A stretch of DNA of 64,000 bases from Abditibacterium sp. (GTDB taxonomy: Bacteria; Armatimonadota; Abditibacteriia; Abditibacteriales; Abditibacteriaceae): NCBI GenBank assembly GCA_965246885.1, contig OZ251992.1, positions 544,001 to 608,000 of the forward strand. The letters run 5' to 3'. Both the position numbers and the translations under genes were made by a program. Of this stretch, positions 9,640 to 19,388 are shown in pieces. Each line of letters begins with the position of its first letter. Position 1 is the first letter of the stretch. A model generated the notes under the pieces. That model did no database searches. It had not been told where the DNA came from and was given only the letters and a program-made list of their open reading frames with translations.

Positions 9640-10590
9640 TCATTTGTGTCTTTCAACGACGAACTTGGCAAGTTGACGTAGGCCATCGGCTTCGGTTTGG
9701 AAGATTTGCAGCGAAGTGTGAGCGGCAACGCTTTCGGCAAGCGCTAATTTCTTGGCTGCTTCCATGCCGACGACGACGGGATATGTTAGTTTCAGGTTGT
9801 CGGCGTCGCTGGAGGCTTTGCCCATGACGCTGGGGTCGCCCTCGACATCCAGCACGTCGTCCCAGATTTGGAAGGCCCTGCCCAGATGCTCGCCGTAGGT
9901 GCGTAGCGCCTCGACTTGCTCCTCGTCGCCGCCGCCCAAGATGGCGCCACACTGCGCCGCAACGCGCAGCAAGGCGCCAGTCTTCATCGCTTGCAGTTCG
10001 CGCAGTTGCGCTTCGGAGATGCTGTCGCGCCCGTGCTCGCCGTGTATCCAGTCAACGTCGAGCGCTTGCCCGCCCGCCATGCCGTGCAATCCGGCGGCCT
10101 CGGCGATGAGCCGCACGACGCGCAAGTGGCGGAGCGGCTCTTGCGCGCTGACCCAGAAATCGTCGTCGGGGATGCGTGCGGCCACGTCGAAAGCCAGAGT
10201 TTGCAAGGCGTCGCCCGCCAGAATCGCCATCGCTTCGCCCCACTGCTTGTGCGTGGCGGGTTGCCCGCGCCGCGTGTCGGCGTTGTCCATCGAGGGCAGG
10301 TCGTCGTGTACGAGGGAGTAGGCGTGGAGGAGTTCGAGCGCGCACGCGGCGGGAAGCGCCAGTTCGAGGTCGAACAAACTCTCCTTCCCCTCGCGCGCGA
10401 AGTGGATGCACGCGGCGGCTTCGAGGAGCAAGAGGGGTCGCGTCCTTTTGCCGTCCGAAAACAGGGCGTAGCGCATGGCGCATGCGAGCCGTTCGGCGCC
10501 GCGCTCGCACCCGACGGCGGGCGCGGGCAACACCGTTTGCAGGAAGTTGTCGATGGTGTCGGGGCTAAAACGCCAGTTGAGTTCGGTCAT
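9640..10590 (-). CDS. ispA: Polyprenyl (farnesyl) diphosphate synthase
   Basis: GKRTRP, HDDLPSMD..RRG, KTGAL, FQIWDDVLD; xseB-ispA-dxs order. Confidence 0.93.
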   Translation of the reverse strand: MTELNWRFSPDTIDNFLQTVLPAPAVGCERGAERLACAMRYALFSDGKRTRPLLLLEAAACIHFAREGKESLFDLELALPAACALELLHAYSLVHDDLPSMDNADTRRGQPATHKQWGEAMAILAGDALQTLAFDVAARIPDDDFWVSAQEPLRHLRVVRLIAEAAGLHGMAGGQALDVDWIHGEHGRDSISEAQLRELQAMKTGALLRVAAQCGAILGGGDEEQVEALRTYGEHLGRAFQIWDDVLDVEGDPSVMGKASSDADNLKLTYPVVVGMEAAKKLALAESVAAHTSLQIFQTEADGLRQLAKFVVERHK

Positions 10591-10660
10591 AATTCGGCAT
10601 TGCGAGCTACAATTGCAGTAAAGCAAGCGCACGGGTGGTCGTGGCGAGCCTTACCTTACC

Positions 10661-10918
10661 CTACGCACCGTCGCCCTCCTCCAACTCCAACTCCCCTTCC
10701 TCCGTTAGCACCAAGGTTTGCAGCGTGAGTTGCGCTTCGCGCAGCACTTGCTCGCAGCGCGCCCGGAGTTCTTCGCCGCGCTTCCATAGCGCAAGCGAGG
10801 CTTCGAGCGGCACGCCGCCCGCTTCCAGTTGCGCCACGACTTCTTCGTATTGGCGCAGCGCTTCCTCGAAAGGGAGGGCGTCGGTTTCAACTGGGGTGAT
10901 AGATGGTTTGGACGGCAA
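10661..10918 (-). CDS. xseB: Exodeoxyribonuclease VII small subunit
   Basis: FEEAL..YEEVVAQLEAG.VPLEASL..WKRG..L; follows xseA. Confidence 0.9.
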   Translation of the reverse strand: MPSKPSITPVETDALPFEEALRQYEEVVAQLEAGGVPLEASLALWKRGEELRARCEQVLREAQLTLQTLVLTEEGELELEEGDGA

Positions 10919-12128
10919 CTTGAAACTCTCCTCCTTGCAGTGTTACGGTGAGCGCTTGGCCTTCGCGCACGTGTTCGAGCGCCGAAATGATGGCGCCCGA
11001 CCGGGCGTCGGACACAATCGCGTAGCCGCGCTCCAACACGCGCATCGGGTCGAGCGAGCGCAGAAGTGCGCCCAGCCCCGCCAATCGCTGCGTTTCTATT
11101 TTAACACGCGCTTTGCCCGCTTCCCCCGCGCGCTTTTCGAGGCCGCGCAAGCGCTCGCTTTCCAACTCCAACCGCTTGGCGGGCGACGCGAAGTGCAAGC
11201 GTTGGCCCAGCAGTTCGACGCGCCCGCTCGCCGCGCCCACTTGCCCGCTCACCCCTTGCGCCGCGCGGAGTTGCAACCCGCCCAAAAAGCCCATCAGTTC
11301 GCGCACATCGGGCGCGACCATTTCCGCCGCCGCCGAGGGCGTGGGCGCGCGCCGGTCGGCCACGAAGTCGAGGATGGAAAAATCCGTTTCGTGCCCGATG
11401 GCCGAAATGAGAGGAAGTGAGAACTCCGCTGCCGTGCGCGCCAACTCCTCGTCGTTGAACGCCCACAAGTCCTCCGCGCTCCCCCCGCCGCGCGCCATAA
11501 TTACCACGTCCAAGTCGCCCCACGCTTCGGCAAAGTGGAGCGCGCGCACTAAGTCGAGCGGCGCCGAAAAGCCTTGAACTGCCGAAGGAATGAGCACCAC
11601 TTTGGCGAGCGGGTAGCGCCGCGCGAGCACGTTGAGGATGTCCCGAATCACCGCGCCCGTTGGCGAGGTGATTACGCCGATAGTGCGCGGCATGAGCGGG
11701 AGCGGCTTCTTGCGCGCGGGGTCGAACAGCCCCTCCTCTTCGAGTTGCGTCTTGAGCCGCAGGAACGCCTCGAACTGCGCGCCCTGTCCGGCGAAATGCA
11801 ACTCGCGCACTATGAGGCTGGCGCGGCCTTGCGGCGCCCAGAAGTCCACGCTCCCGAACGCCATCACGCGGTCACCGTTTTGGGGCCGGAACGCCAACCC
11901 CGCGACGGACGAGCGCCACATCTTCGCTTCGATTTGCGCCGCCTCGTCCTTGAGCGAGAAGTAGAGATGCCCCGACGAGTGCGCCTTGAAGTTGGACACT
12001 TCGCCCGTCACGGCGACATCCGAGAGAATCGGGTCGCACTCCAAGACGCGCTTGATTTGCAAGTTCAAGTCGGACACGGAAAAGACGGCTTCCGTGTCGG
12101 GGGCGAAGGGGTCGAGTTCGTCAAACAC
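10887..12128 (-). CDS. xseA: Exodeoxyribonuclease VII large subunit
   Basis: GEVSNFKAHSSGHLYFSLKD, ARGGGS.EDLWAFNDE, GHETD, APTPSAAAE; GTG start estimated. Confidence 0.95.
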   Translation of the reverse strand: MFDELDPFAPDTEAVFSVSDLNLQIKRVLECDPILSDVAVTGEVSNFKAHSSGHLYFSLKDEAAQIEAKMWRSSVAGLAFRPQNGDRVMAFGSVDFWAPQGRASLIVRELHFAGQGAQFEAFLRLKTQLEEEGLFDPARKKPLPLMPRTIGVITSPTGAVIRDILNVLARRYPLAKVVLIPSAVQGFSAPLDLVRALHFAEAWGDLDVVIMARGGGSAEDLWAFNDEELARTAAEFSLPLISAIGHETDFSILDFVADRRAPTPSAAAEMVAPDVRELMGFLGGLQLRAAQGVSGQVGAASGRVELLGQRLHFASPAKRLELESERLRGLEKRAGEAGKARVKIETQRLAGLGALLRSLDPMRVLERGYAIVSDARSGAIISALEHVREGQALTVTLQGGEFQVAVQTIYHPS

Positions 12129-12206
12129 GCTTGTATAGATGAACGGGGCGGGCAAAGGTCGCTTGTTGTTGCGGGCGTTCCCCGCGCCCGCAACAACCAT
12201 GCGCGC

Positions 12207-13076
12207 TTAGCTGGCCGACAGGAACCCCGCGCTCGCCAGCAAACCGGCTTTTTCGCCCGCTTCGCTCCCGTTGTAGTTGCCGTCTTCGAGTTCAATCGAA
12301 ACCGCGCCGTTGTAGCCGTGTTTTTCGAGGATGCGGAAGACCTCGCTCCAGTTGGTGCCGCCGTGACCGGGGATGGTGTAGCGCCACGAAGTCGCGCCGA
12401 AATCGGGGCTGACTTTGAAGGTGGCGGGTTGCTCGTGGCCGTATTCATACAGGTCGTCGCCCAGAACTTCGCAGTCTTTGCCGTGCACGTGCCCGACGCG
12501 GGCGCCGAACTCCTTTAAGAAGCGGATGGGGTCAATGCCCATGCGCAAGAGGTGCGACGGGTCGTAGTTGATGCCGATGGCTTTGGAAGGCACGGCCTCG
12601 AACAGGGCGCGGTAAGTTTCGGGCGTGCAGCACAGCGCGCCCTCACCGGGGTAGCCTTCGATGACGAGCCTGCCGCCCGCTTCTTCCAAGACCGGCGCGA
12701 GCACTTGGAGGGAGGCGACCAAGTCTTTGAAGTTGTCGGCGCGCGACCGGGCCGGGTCAGTGGGGAGGACGCAGTAAAAGAAGTTTGTCGCGCCGCCTTG
12801 GCACGCCTCGCGGATGTAGGCGGCGTTGGCTTCGACGGCGGCGGCGCGCTTGACATCGTCGGCGTTCATCAGGTCGCCCCACTCCAACAGGTCGAAGGAG
12901 CCGACATGGAACCCGCCCGCGCGCGCGGTTTTGAGGTCGTGGAGGTCGCGGCCCAAATCCACGACGGAAAAGCCGTTGTCATTGGCCCACGCCAAAAAGC
13001 CGGGCAGGTCATTCTGCCAATCCGTCCAGCCGCGCCGGATGCCGATGGGGAAGTTCCCCGTTCGCGTTGAAAACAT
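12207..13076 (-). CDS. Sugar phosphate isomerase/epimerase (AP_endonuc_2 TIM barrel)
   Basis: IE, NYDPSH, HVHGKD, PGHG..W, SIELE metal-binding pattern. Confidence 0.85.
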   Translation of the reverse strand: MFSTRTGNFPIGIRRGWTDWQNDLPGFLAWANDNGFSVVDLGRDLHDLKTARAGGFHVGSFDLLEWGDLMNADDVKRAAAVEANAAYIREACQGGATNFFYCVLPTDPARSRADNFKDLVASLQVLAPVLEEAGGRLVIEGYPGEGALCCTPETYRALFEAVPSKAIGINYDPSHLLRMGIDPIRFLKEFGARVGHVHGKDCEVLGDDLYEYGHEQPATFKVSPDFGATSWRYTIPGHGGTNWSEVFRILEKHGYNGAVSIELEDGNYNGSEAGEKAGLLASAGFLSAS

Positions 13077-13114
13077 AACGGGGAGATTTTAACGCGCTCC
13101 TCTGCGGGCCGCAC

Positions 13115-15154
13115 TCAGAACCCCTTGCGCTCGAAGACGAACGTCTTCGAGCCGTCATCGCCGTCGAACTCGTGCGTTTGGAAAGCCGCATCTTCAATGG
13201 GCGCCTCGTTCGGACGAACGACGACAAAGGAGACGCCCAGTCGCTCTGTCGCCGCGCGCCGCGCTCCGGCATCAGGGCCGAAGATGGCGGCTAAATCGGA
13301 AGCGCGGGTGTCCACTTGGGCGCCCACCGAGTCGGTTTGCGCTTGTTTTGAATCGCGCCCCGACGCGCGCGCGGCCTCGGCAGCAACGCGCGTCGCCTCG
13401 TTTTGAAAGCCCCACGCGCGCACGTGGCCGGGCCAGCATAACACCGAAGGCAAGCCCGACTGCGTGGCGAGCGTGCCGCGCCCCGCGTCGTAATCGCCGC
13501 CTTTGTCGGGCGGTAATGCTTCCGCCACCACGCCGTTTTGCTCGCGTAGCCACTCGATGGCGCGGTGGTCGCTTTGTGGGAGCCACTTCGCGCCGTCGAG
13601 CGACAACCCTTCCTCGCCATAGCCCTGCGTCCGCGTCTTCCACACCGCATACGGCGCCAGCGACAGCACGCCAAAGAGAGTCAAAAAGAGGGCGCCGCCC
13701 AGCACCCAAACGCCCACCCACTCAGGCGTCGTGCGCGTCGGACGCGCGCCCAGAGTCGCGCGAAAACGCGCCAGAAACTCCGCCGATATCCCCGTTCCCC
13801 CAAGCAGCCACGCTTGCAAGTAAAACTTGAAGACGGTGTCCTGATGCTTCAAATCGCCGCCCGCGAACACGCCGCCCAGATAATAAATACTCGGAAGCAA
13901 GAGCGCTGCGAGACCGATGAGGAGCAGTAAACGCCGAAACTCGCTCTCGACCGAAGGTTTGGCCCGCAGCAACCCGAAAGCCGCCACGCCCAGCCCAACC
14001 CACACGCCCCAAAACAGCGCGAACGAGAAGGGGTTCGGCACCCACAACTCGAGGCCTCCGCCCCCGACTTGCGAGCGAAAGCGCGTCAGAAACGGCAGCA
14101 CGACGACCGCCGCCAACGCCAGACCCGCGAGGGGCGCCTGCCACTGCGCCTGCTTCTGGCGCGCGAAAGATACGCACAACAGCCACAAAACGCCGTAAAA
14201 GGGCGCATCCCATGTGTTCGTGAGCGCGATTACCCCCAACAGCGCGCCGCCAAGCACCAAGAGCGCGTCTTTTTGGCGCTTCGTTTCGGCGCGGAGGGTG
14301 CCAAAGCAGGTGATGAAGTGGGCCACCGCCAAAGAGAGGGCGTAGAAGTGGGCGTGCGCGTCGCCAATAAGCATGGTGAACGCCGGATATTCGTTAATCG
14401 TGTTGGGAATGACCCGCGAAGTTTTCCACCAGTCGAGCGCCCCGACGGGCGTTTTATCCACGAACAATTGCCGCAACGGTTCGAGGTGCCCGCCCAAACC
14501 TACGAGGGCCATCACCCCCACGCCCAAAGCGTTCGACTTCGCCAGCGCCGCGCCCAAACTCCACAAGGCCGACAAAAACAGCGCGCAGAAAAGCGGCTGC
14601 ACGAGGTTGTACGCAAGCGGCACCGGAGTCGTCAACAAGCGCGCCAAAACGCCGCCCATGAACGGGCCGAAGAAGTAATAGTTCGTGAATGGGACGCCCG
14701 CGAACCAAGGATTCTCGAACGGCAACCACTGGGCGCGCGCCGACTGCGCCAGCAGCGCCAAGTCCATCGGCTTTTCGAGGTCGTTGATGCTTGGATGCCG
14801 CATCCGCACCCACAGAAACGCCCCAAACGCGAGCAGAAAGACCACATCCGAGGTTATAAGCGCCCGTTTTCGCTCTCGAACCGCTCGTTTCGATTTGGCT
14901 TTGCGCCACTGCGCCGCGCACACGAGCGCGCCCAACGGCCCCAGCCATACTCCCACCGGAACGGGCAACAAATGCACCGACGCGAGCCAGAACGCCGCGA
15001 GTGCCCCGAACGCGATGGCCAACACCCGCCCCACCGCCAGCCCCTCGTCCGGCAAAAAAACCAACAGCCGCCGCGAAACTGGAAACACACCCCACCCCAG
15101 CGCCCACAACGGCACGATCCAGCGCAAAACAAGCGCGATGTCGGAAGAAGACAC
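13115..15154 (-). CDS. DUF2298 (YYY-domain) integral membrane protein
   Basis: Many TM helices; EKPMD, NPWFAG..NYYFFG, TINEYP..GDAHAH, NTWD, TVFKFYLQAW motifs. Confidence 0.8.
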   Translation of the reverse strand: MSSSDIALVLRWIVPLWALGWGVFPVSRRLLVFLPDEGLAVGRVLAIAFGALAAFWLASVHLLPVPVGVWLGPLGALVCAAQWRKAKSKRAVRERKRALITSDVVFLLAFGAFLWVRMRHPSINDLEKPMDLALLAQSARAQWLPFENPWFAGVPFTNYYFFGPFMGGVLARLLTTPVPLAYNLVQPLFCALFLSALWSLGAALAKSNALGVGVMALVGLGGHLEPLRQLFVDKTPVGALDWWKTSRVIPNTINEYPAFTMLIGDAHAHFYALSLAVAHFITCFGTLRAETKRQKDALLVLGGALLGVIALTNTWDAPFYGVLWLLCVSFARQKQAQWQAPLAGLALAAVVVLPFLTRFRSQVGGGGLELWVPNPFSFALFWGVWVGLGVAAFGLLRAKPSVESEFRRLLLLIGLAALLLPSIYYLGGVFAGGDLKHQDTVFKFYLQAWLLGGTGISAEFLARFRATLGARPTRTTPEWVGVWVLGGALFLTLFGVLSLAPYAVWKTRTQGYGEEGLSLDGAKWLPQSDHRAIEWLREQNGVVAEALPPDKGGDYDAGRGTLATQSGLPSVLCWPGHVRAWGFQNEATRVAAEAARASGRDSKQAQTDSVGAQVDTRASDLAAIFGPDAGARRAATERLGVSFVVVRPNEAPIEDAAFQTHEFDGDDGSKTFVFERKGF

Positions 15155-15196
15155 AGCTTTCTATTTTGGCAGAGCGGGCGCTTCCGCATCCGGTTT

Positions 15197-15243
15197 CACG
15201 AGAAAAGCGACGCGGCTTTTTGCGAGCCGCGTCGCTTTTCGTG
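15197..15243 (-). terminator. Terminator hairpin of DUF1559 gene
   Basis: GAAAAGCGACGCGGCT...AGCCGCGTCGCTTTTC stem directly after the stop codon. Confidence 0.65.
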
Positions 15244-15248
15244 CGGCT

Positions 15249-16157
15249 CTACTTAATGCTGAAGGTGGCGCCGAAGCTTCCCATGTTTTGAGTGCCCGCC
15301 GCGTTGCCATCGTAAGCGCTGTTTTGCGCAGTGGTGGAACTGGCAGGGCTGGGGCCAGCCGAAACGCGGTTTGGCACGAGCCACTTGACGTGACCATCGG
15401 CGAACAGGTAGTTGCCGCCGTTGAAGTGACGCACGTCGTGAGCGGGATTATTGAAGTTGTCAACCGAGGGATAATACTGAGAGTTGTTACGCCCACCCAA
15501 ACCGTGCGTGACATCGCCACCAAAAGCATAGTGACCGTTGCCACCGGCTCCACCGTAGATGTTGTCTTCGCCATCGGTGGTAGGAGACAAGAAACCATTG
15601 GTAGCAGTCGAAGCGTCGCTCACGGCATTTCCCGCCAAAGTGAGGTTGATTTTTAGATCGGGGTTTACGGCAGAACCTTCCAACAACATCACGGTTAAGG
15701 CGCTCGCGTTCAGCGATGCGATAGAAACACTGGGTTTAGCGTCATCGTCTATGTGCAAGTTAGAGTTGAGAAAATACGACAAAGAGTAGTTGGTGACGCC
15801 GGAATAAACAGCCGTGCCGCCCCGTGAATCAGAAGGGCAGGTATAAATTTGCGTCGATTTCACATAAGGGAAAATTTGTCCGGCCCAACCGCTGCCGTTA
15901 CGAGGCTGAGCGCTCGCATCATAAATGATGCCACAAGGGAACTTTTCGTCGTAGTCCTGCGTGTATTGCATAATGCCCAAGCCGATTTGCTTGAGATTGG
16001 ATTGGCAAGAGGCGCGGCGGGCGTTTTCTCTGGCGCGGGCGAAGGCCGGGAACAAGATGGCGGCGAGGATAGCGATAATGGCAATGACGACGAGCAATTC
16101 TATAAGCGTGAATCCTTTAGCAGCACCTCCTCCTTTGGGTTGAACGATGTGTTTCAT
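15249..16157 (-). CDS. Prepilin-type N-terminal cleavage/methylation, DUF1559 / H-X9-DG protein
   Basis: [38 protein letters not shown]-terminal [15 protein letters not shown]. Confidence 0.93.
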   Translation of the reverse strand: MKHIVQPKGGGAAKGFTLIELLVVIAIIAILAAILFPAFARARENARRASCQSNLKQIGLGIMQYTQDYDEKFPCGIIYDASAQPRNGSGWAGQIFPYVKSTQIYTCPSDSRGGTAVYSGVTNYSLSYFLNSNLHIDDDAKPSVSIASLNASALTVMLLEGSAVNPDLKINLTLAGNAVSDASTATNGFLSPTTDGEDNIYGGAGGNGHYAFGGDVTHGLGGRNNSQYYPSVDNFNNPAHDVRHFNGGNYLFADGHVKWLVPNRVSAGPSPASSTTAQNSAYDGNAAGTQNMGSFGATFSIK

Positions 16158-16322
16158 GATGGTTAGTAGACCGTTGCCGTTCCTTCTTTGCTTCGTAGAC
16201 AGGCGGGCGAAGCGGGTGGCGGCTCAGGCCGATACAACTACAGTGTGCCCAAATCGAGGCCCGTTCTAACACTTGGGGGCGAAGTTTTTTGGAGGGGCGC
16301 TTTGGGCGGGGCCAGTTACACT

Positions 16323-17951
16323 TTAGGCCCGCGCGTGCGCGCGGGAGCGGATGTCGGAAATGGCGCCCCGCAGCGTCGTGTCGCGCTTGAGTTCGGCTTT
16401 GACCTTCTCGTAGGAGTGGATGACCGTCGTGTAATCGCGGTCGAAAGCGCGGCCAATGTCGGGGTAGCTCATGTTGCCCATTTCGCGGGCCAGATACATG
16501 GCGATTTGGCGCGGCATCACGATCTCCTTGTTCCGCTTTTTGCCGAGTAAATCCACCACTTGCATTTTGAAGTGCTCCGCGACAACGTCTATAATGGTTT
16601 CGACGCCGATCTTCACCGTTTCAGCTTCGCTGGTGGTGTAAAAACGAACGGTCTCGGCGGCCAAGTCGAGGTTGATGCGGCGGTGCTCGATGCTGGCCAT
16701 TGCGAGGAGGCGCGTGAGCGCGCCTTCCAACGAGCGGATGTTGGAGCGGATTTTTTCGGCCAAAAAGGTCAGCACTTCGCCGGGGACTTGCACGTTTTCC
16801 AATTGCGCACGGCGCTGCAGGATGGCGATGCGGTGCTCCAAGTCGGGCGGCTCGACGTAGGAAATAAGTCCCCACTCAAAGCGGGAGATGAGGCGGGACT
16901 CGGTGAGTTGCAAGTCCTTGGGGGGTTTGTCCGAGCAGATGACTATCTGTTTGCCTTGGTCGTAGAGCGTGTTGAAGATGTGGAAGAACTCGACCTCCGT
17001 CCGCTCGGCGTTGCAGATGTATTGGATGTCGTCCACCAGCCACACGTCCACGCCCCGGTAGCGGCGGCGGAAGGAAGTCATCTTGTCCTCGCGGATGCAG
17101 CGTACAACTTGATACAGAAAGTTTTCGCCCGATACGTAGGCGATTTCGACGGGGTTGCCGCGCACCTTGTTGATGTGGTGCCCGATGGCTTGCATGAGGT
17201 GCGTTTTGCCCAGCCCGACGCCGCCGTAAAAGAACAGGGGGTTGTATTGCCCTTTGGCGGGCGCGTTGGCGACGGCCCACGCTGCGGCGTGCGACACGTA
17301 GTTGGAGCGCCCCACGATGAAGTTGTCGAAGGTGTATTTTTTGTTGAGGGGCGAGGAGAAGTCCTCGAACTCGGCGAACTTGTCGTCGCCCATTTCCTCT
17401 TTGCGCGACTTCTTTGTGGGCGTTGGGGTGATGGTGCGCGGCGGCGCTTCGACTTCGACCGGAAGCGCAATGGGCGTAGGGGCTTCCACTGCGGCGACGG
17501 TGGGAAGCGCGGCGACGGCGGGAAGTTCTTCGGCGGGCGCGGCTTGGTCGGCAGAAACGATCTGAAACGCCAGAATGACGGGACGCCCCAGAAATTGTTC
17601 GAGCGTTTCTTCCATGCGGCGCGCGAAGCGGCGCATGAGCCAATCCTTGACGAAATCCGAGGGCGCCGCGAGGGTTAAGCGGTCGCTGGTCAGGCGCAAG
17701 GGGCGGACGTGGCGGAGGTAGTTTTGAAACGTGGGGCCGGACAGTTCGCTTTGCAGGGCGTCCATGACTTCCTTCCATGCCGCGTCCATCATTTCGGCGG
17801 GTTGGGATTGGCCCAAGCCGACGTCTTGCAAAACTGGTTCGGGCGGCGCGGGGGGCGTGTCGAGGGCTTGCGCGACGGCGCGTTCGACGGGCGATTCAAA
17901 TTCCCATGAGGAATCAAGCGAGGGTTGGCGTTGGGCTGCGGCGTCCGACAT
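16323..17951 (-). CDS. dnaA: Chromosomal replication initiator DnaA
   Basis: YTFDNFIVG, YNPLFFYGGVGLGKTHL, VDDIQ, RLISRFEWGL, RQIAMYL; divergent from rpmH. Confidence 0.98.
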   Translation of the reverse strand: MSDAAAQRQPSLDSSWEFESPVERAVAQALDTPPAPPEPVLQDVGLGQSQPAEMMDAAWKEVMDALQSELSGPTFQNYLRHVRPLRLTSDRLTLAAPSDFVKDWLMRRFARRMEETLEQFLGRPVILAFQIVSADQAAPAEELPAVAALPTVAAVEAPTPIALPVEVEAPPRTITPTPTKKSRKEEMGDDKFAEFEDFSSPLNKKYTFDNFIVGRSNYVSHAAAWAVANAPAKGQYNPLFFYGGVGLGKTHLMQAIGHHINKVRGNPVEIAYVSGENFLYQVVRCIREDKMTSFRRRYRGVDVWLVDDIQYICNAERTEVEFFHIFNTLYDQGKQIVICSDKPPKDLQLTESRLISRFEWGLISYVEPPDLEHRIAILQRRAQLENVQVPGEVLTFLAEKIRSNIRSLEGALTRLLAMASIEHRRINLDLAAETVRFYTTSEAETVKIGVETIIDVVAEHFKMQVVDLLGKKRNKEIVMPRQIAMYLAREMGNMSYPDIGRAFDRDYTTVIHSYEKVKAELKRDTTLRGAISDIRSRAHARA

Positions 17952-18075
17952 CGTTGTTTGTCCTTGCGCGTTTCACGGCGCGGCAACCAGTTGGTTGCCA
18001 TTTTCGTCCCGCTTCACCTCAAGGGGAGCGAGTGTAACCCCGTTTCGACGGGGGCCGACGCCGCGTTTTGTCGAG

Positions 18076-18127
18076 TTATCCCCAGAGTTATCCCTGCATA
18101 AGGATAACTGGGGCAAAACTGGGCAAA
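18076..18127. promoter_or_regulatory. Cluster of DnaA-box-like 9-mers in dnaA-rpmH intergenic region (putative oriC / dnaA autoregulation)
   Basis: TTATCCCCA (18076), TTATCCCTG (18088), reverse TTATCCTTA (18099-18107); canonical box is TTATCCACA. Confidence 0.6.
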
Positions 18128-18330
18128 GCGGCGCGGCGTGCGGGCGGGCGAAAAGAAGGGCGGCAAAAGCGCACCACCGGGCCAATGCAAAAATATGGAG
18201 GCCGCGACTCGCGCGGCAGATGCCATTTTAGGCGCCTTGCGTATAGAATTCAATAGCGCGACCCATTTATTTTTTCCTGTTAGACTGTGCCCGCTTTTCC
18301 GGCGCTCGTCTGTGCGTCGGGGGAACCATT

Positions 18331-18468
18331 ATGAAACGCACCTATCAACCCAAAAAGCGCCCGCGCGCCCGCAAGCTGGGCTTTCGCGCTCGCATGGCCA
18401 CGCCCGGAGGCCGCCAAGTCATTTCGCGCCGCCGCGCGCGCGGTCGCCGCAAACTGACGCAGGTCTAA
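18331..18468 (+). CDS. rpmH: 50S ribosomal protein L34
   Basis: Below ORF-track cutoff; [45 protein letters not shown]. Confidence 0.97.
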   Translation: MKRTYQPKKRPRARKLGFRARMATPGGRQVISRRRARGRRKLTQV

Positions 18469-18488
18469 CCGGCCATTTCGTCTTTCAT

Positions 18489-18519
18489 AAGCCCGCCAGC
18501 AATGGCGGGTTTTTTGTTT
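18489..18519 (+). terminator. Rho-independent terminator of rpmH
   Basis: GCCCGCCA-GCAA-TGGCGGGT followed by a T-run. Confidence 0.85.
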
Positions 18520-18584
18520 GCGCCGCTCCAAAGCTCCGGTCGAAGATTCTTCGGAAGAGTTAGCTCCATCTTCCATCCATTTAC

Positions 18585-18716
18585 GTAATTCATCGGCTGG
18601 CGCGTACAATCTATCGGTGGCGCGTACAATTCAACGGTTGGCGCGTACAATTTATCGGTCGACGCGGGCCTGTCACTCATCGGCGCGCCTGTGTCCTCGC
18701 GTGGCGCAGGTCTGTT
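18585..18716. repeat. Degenerate ~21-bp tandem array
   Basis: CGCGTACAAT at 18601, 18621 and 18642, decaying on both sides. Confidence 0.65.
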
Positions 18717-18749
18717 GGGGACTCCAATAGGTTAAACCTGCTTGCGCCT

Positions 18750-19370
18750 ATGAACCGTTCGCAACTCTTTTTGCCCTTGGCGCTTTCTCTTGCCCTCGCG
18801 CCCGTTTGCGCGGCGCCGACCTATCGCCGCGCGCCGCAAGTTAACCCCGCGCTCAACCGCTTCTCCGTTCCGACGCCGCCTGCCTCGCTCAAGATTTCGG
18901 CCCGCCCGCGCGTCGTTTTGCTAACCAATCGCGGCCCGATTACGCTTGAACTGAACAAGGCCGCCGCGCCGCTTCACGTGCGCTCGTTCGTGTTTTTGGT
19001 GAAGCGCGGCTTTTACAACGGCACGAAGTTCCACCGCTTCGCCGACTTGACCGGGCAAGGCGGGAAGATCATCCAAGGCGGCGACCCTTCGACCAAAGTC
19101 CCCGCTCTGGCCCGCTTCAAGGGGCAGGGTGGGCCGGGCTACGAAGTGCCGCTCGAAATATCGGGCCTGAAACACGACAAGCTGACCATCGCTGCCGCGC
19201 GCACTCCCGATCCGAACTCGGCGGGTAGCCAGTTCTACATCTGCCAAGGCCCGGTGCATTTTCTCGACGGGCAGTACACGGTCTTCGGCAAAGTGGTAGC
19301 GGGCCAAGGCGCGGCTTTGGCGCTCAAGCAGGGCGATACGATTAAGTCGGCGCGCGTTGTGAAACCGTAG
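18750..19370 (+). CDS. Secreted cyclophilin-type peptidyl-prolyl isomerase
   Basis: Signal peptide; FYNGTKFHR, IQGGDP, SAGSQFYI, LDGQYTVFG. Confidence 0.93.
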   Translation: MNRSQLFLPLALSLALAPVCAAPTYRRAPQVNPALNRFSVPTPPASLKISARPRVVLLTNRGPITLELNKAAAPLHVRSFVFLVKRGFYNGTKFHRFADLTGQGGKIIQGGDPSTKVPALARFKGQGGPGYEVPLEISGLKHDKLTIAAARTPDPNSAGSQFYICQGPVHFLDGQYTVFGKVVAGQGAALALKQGDTIKSARVVKP

Positions 19371-19388
19371 CCGGAAGGGGCGCCGCTC

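Noticed and set aside
10635..11420. Long antisense or alternative-frame ORFs (e.g. 10635-11420, 26649-28061, 33529-34980, 36131-37645, 47755-49257, 55079-56605)
   Set aside because: Shadow ORFs expected at high GC, fully overlapping well-supported genes and lacking motifs
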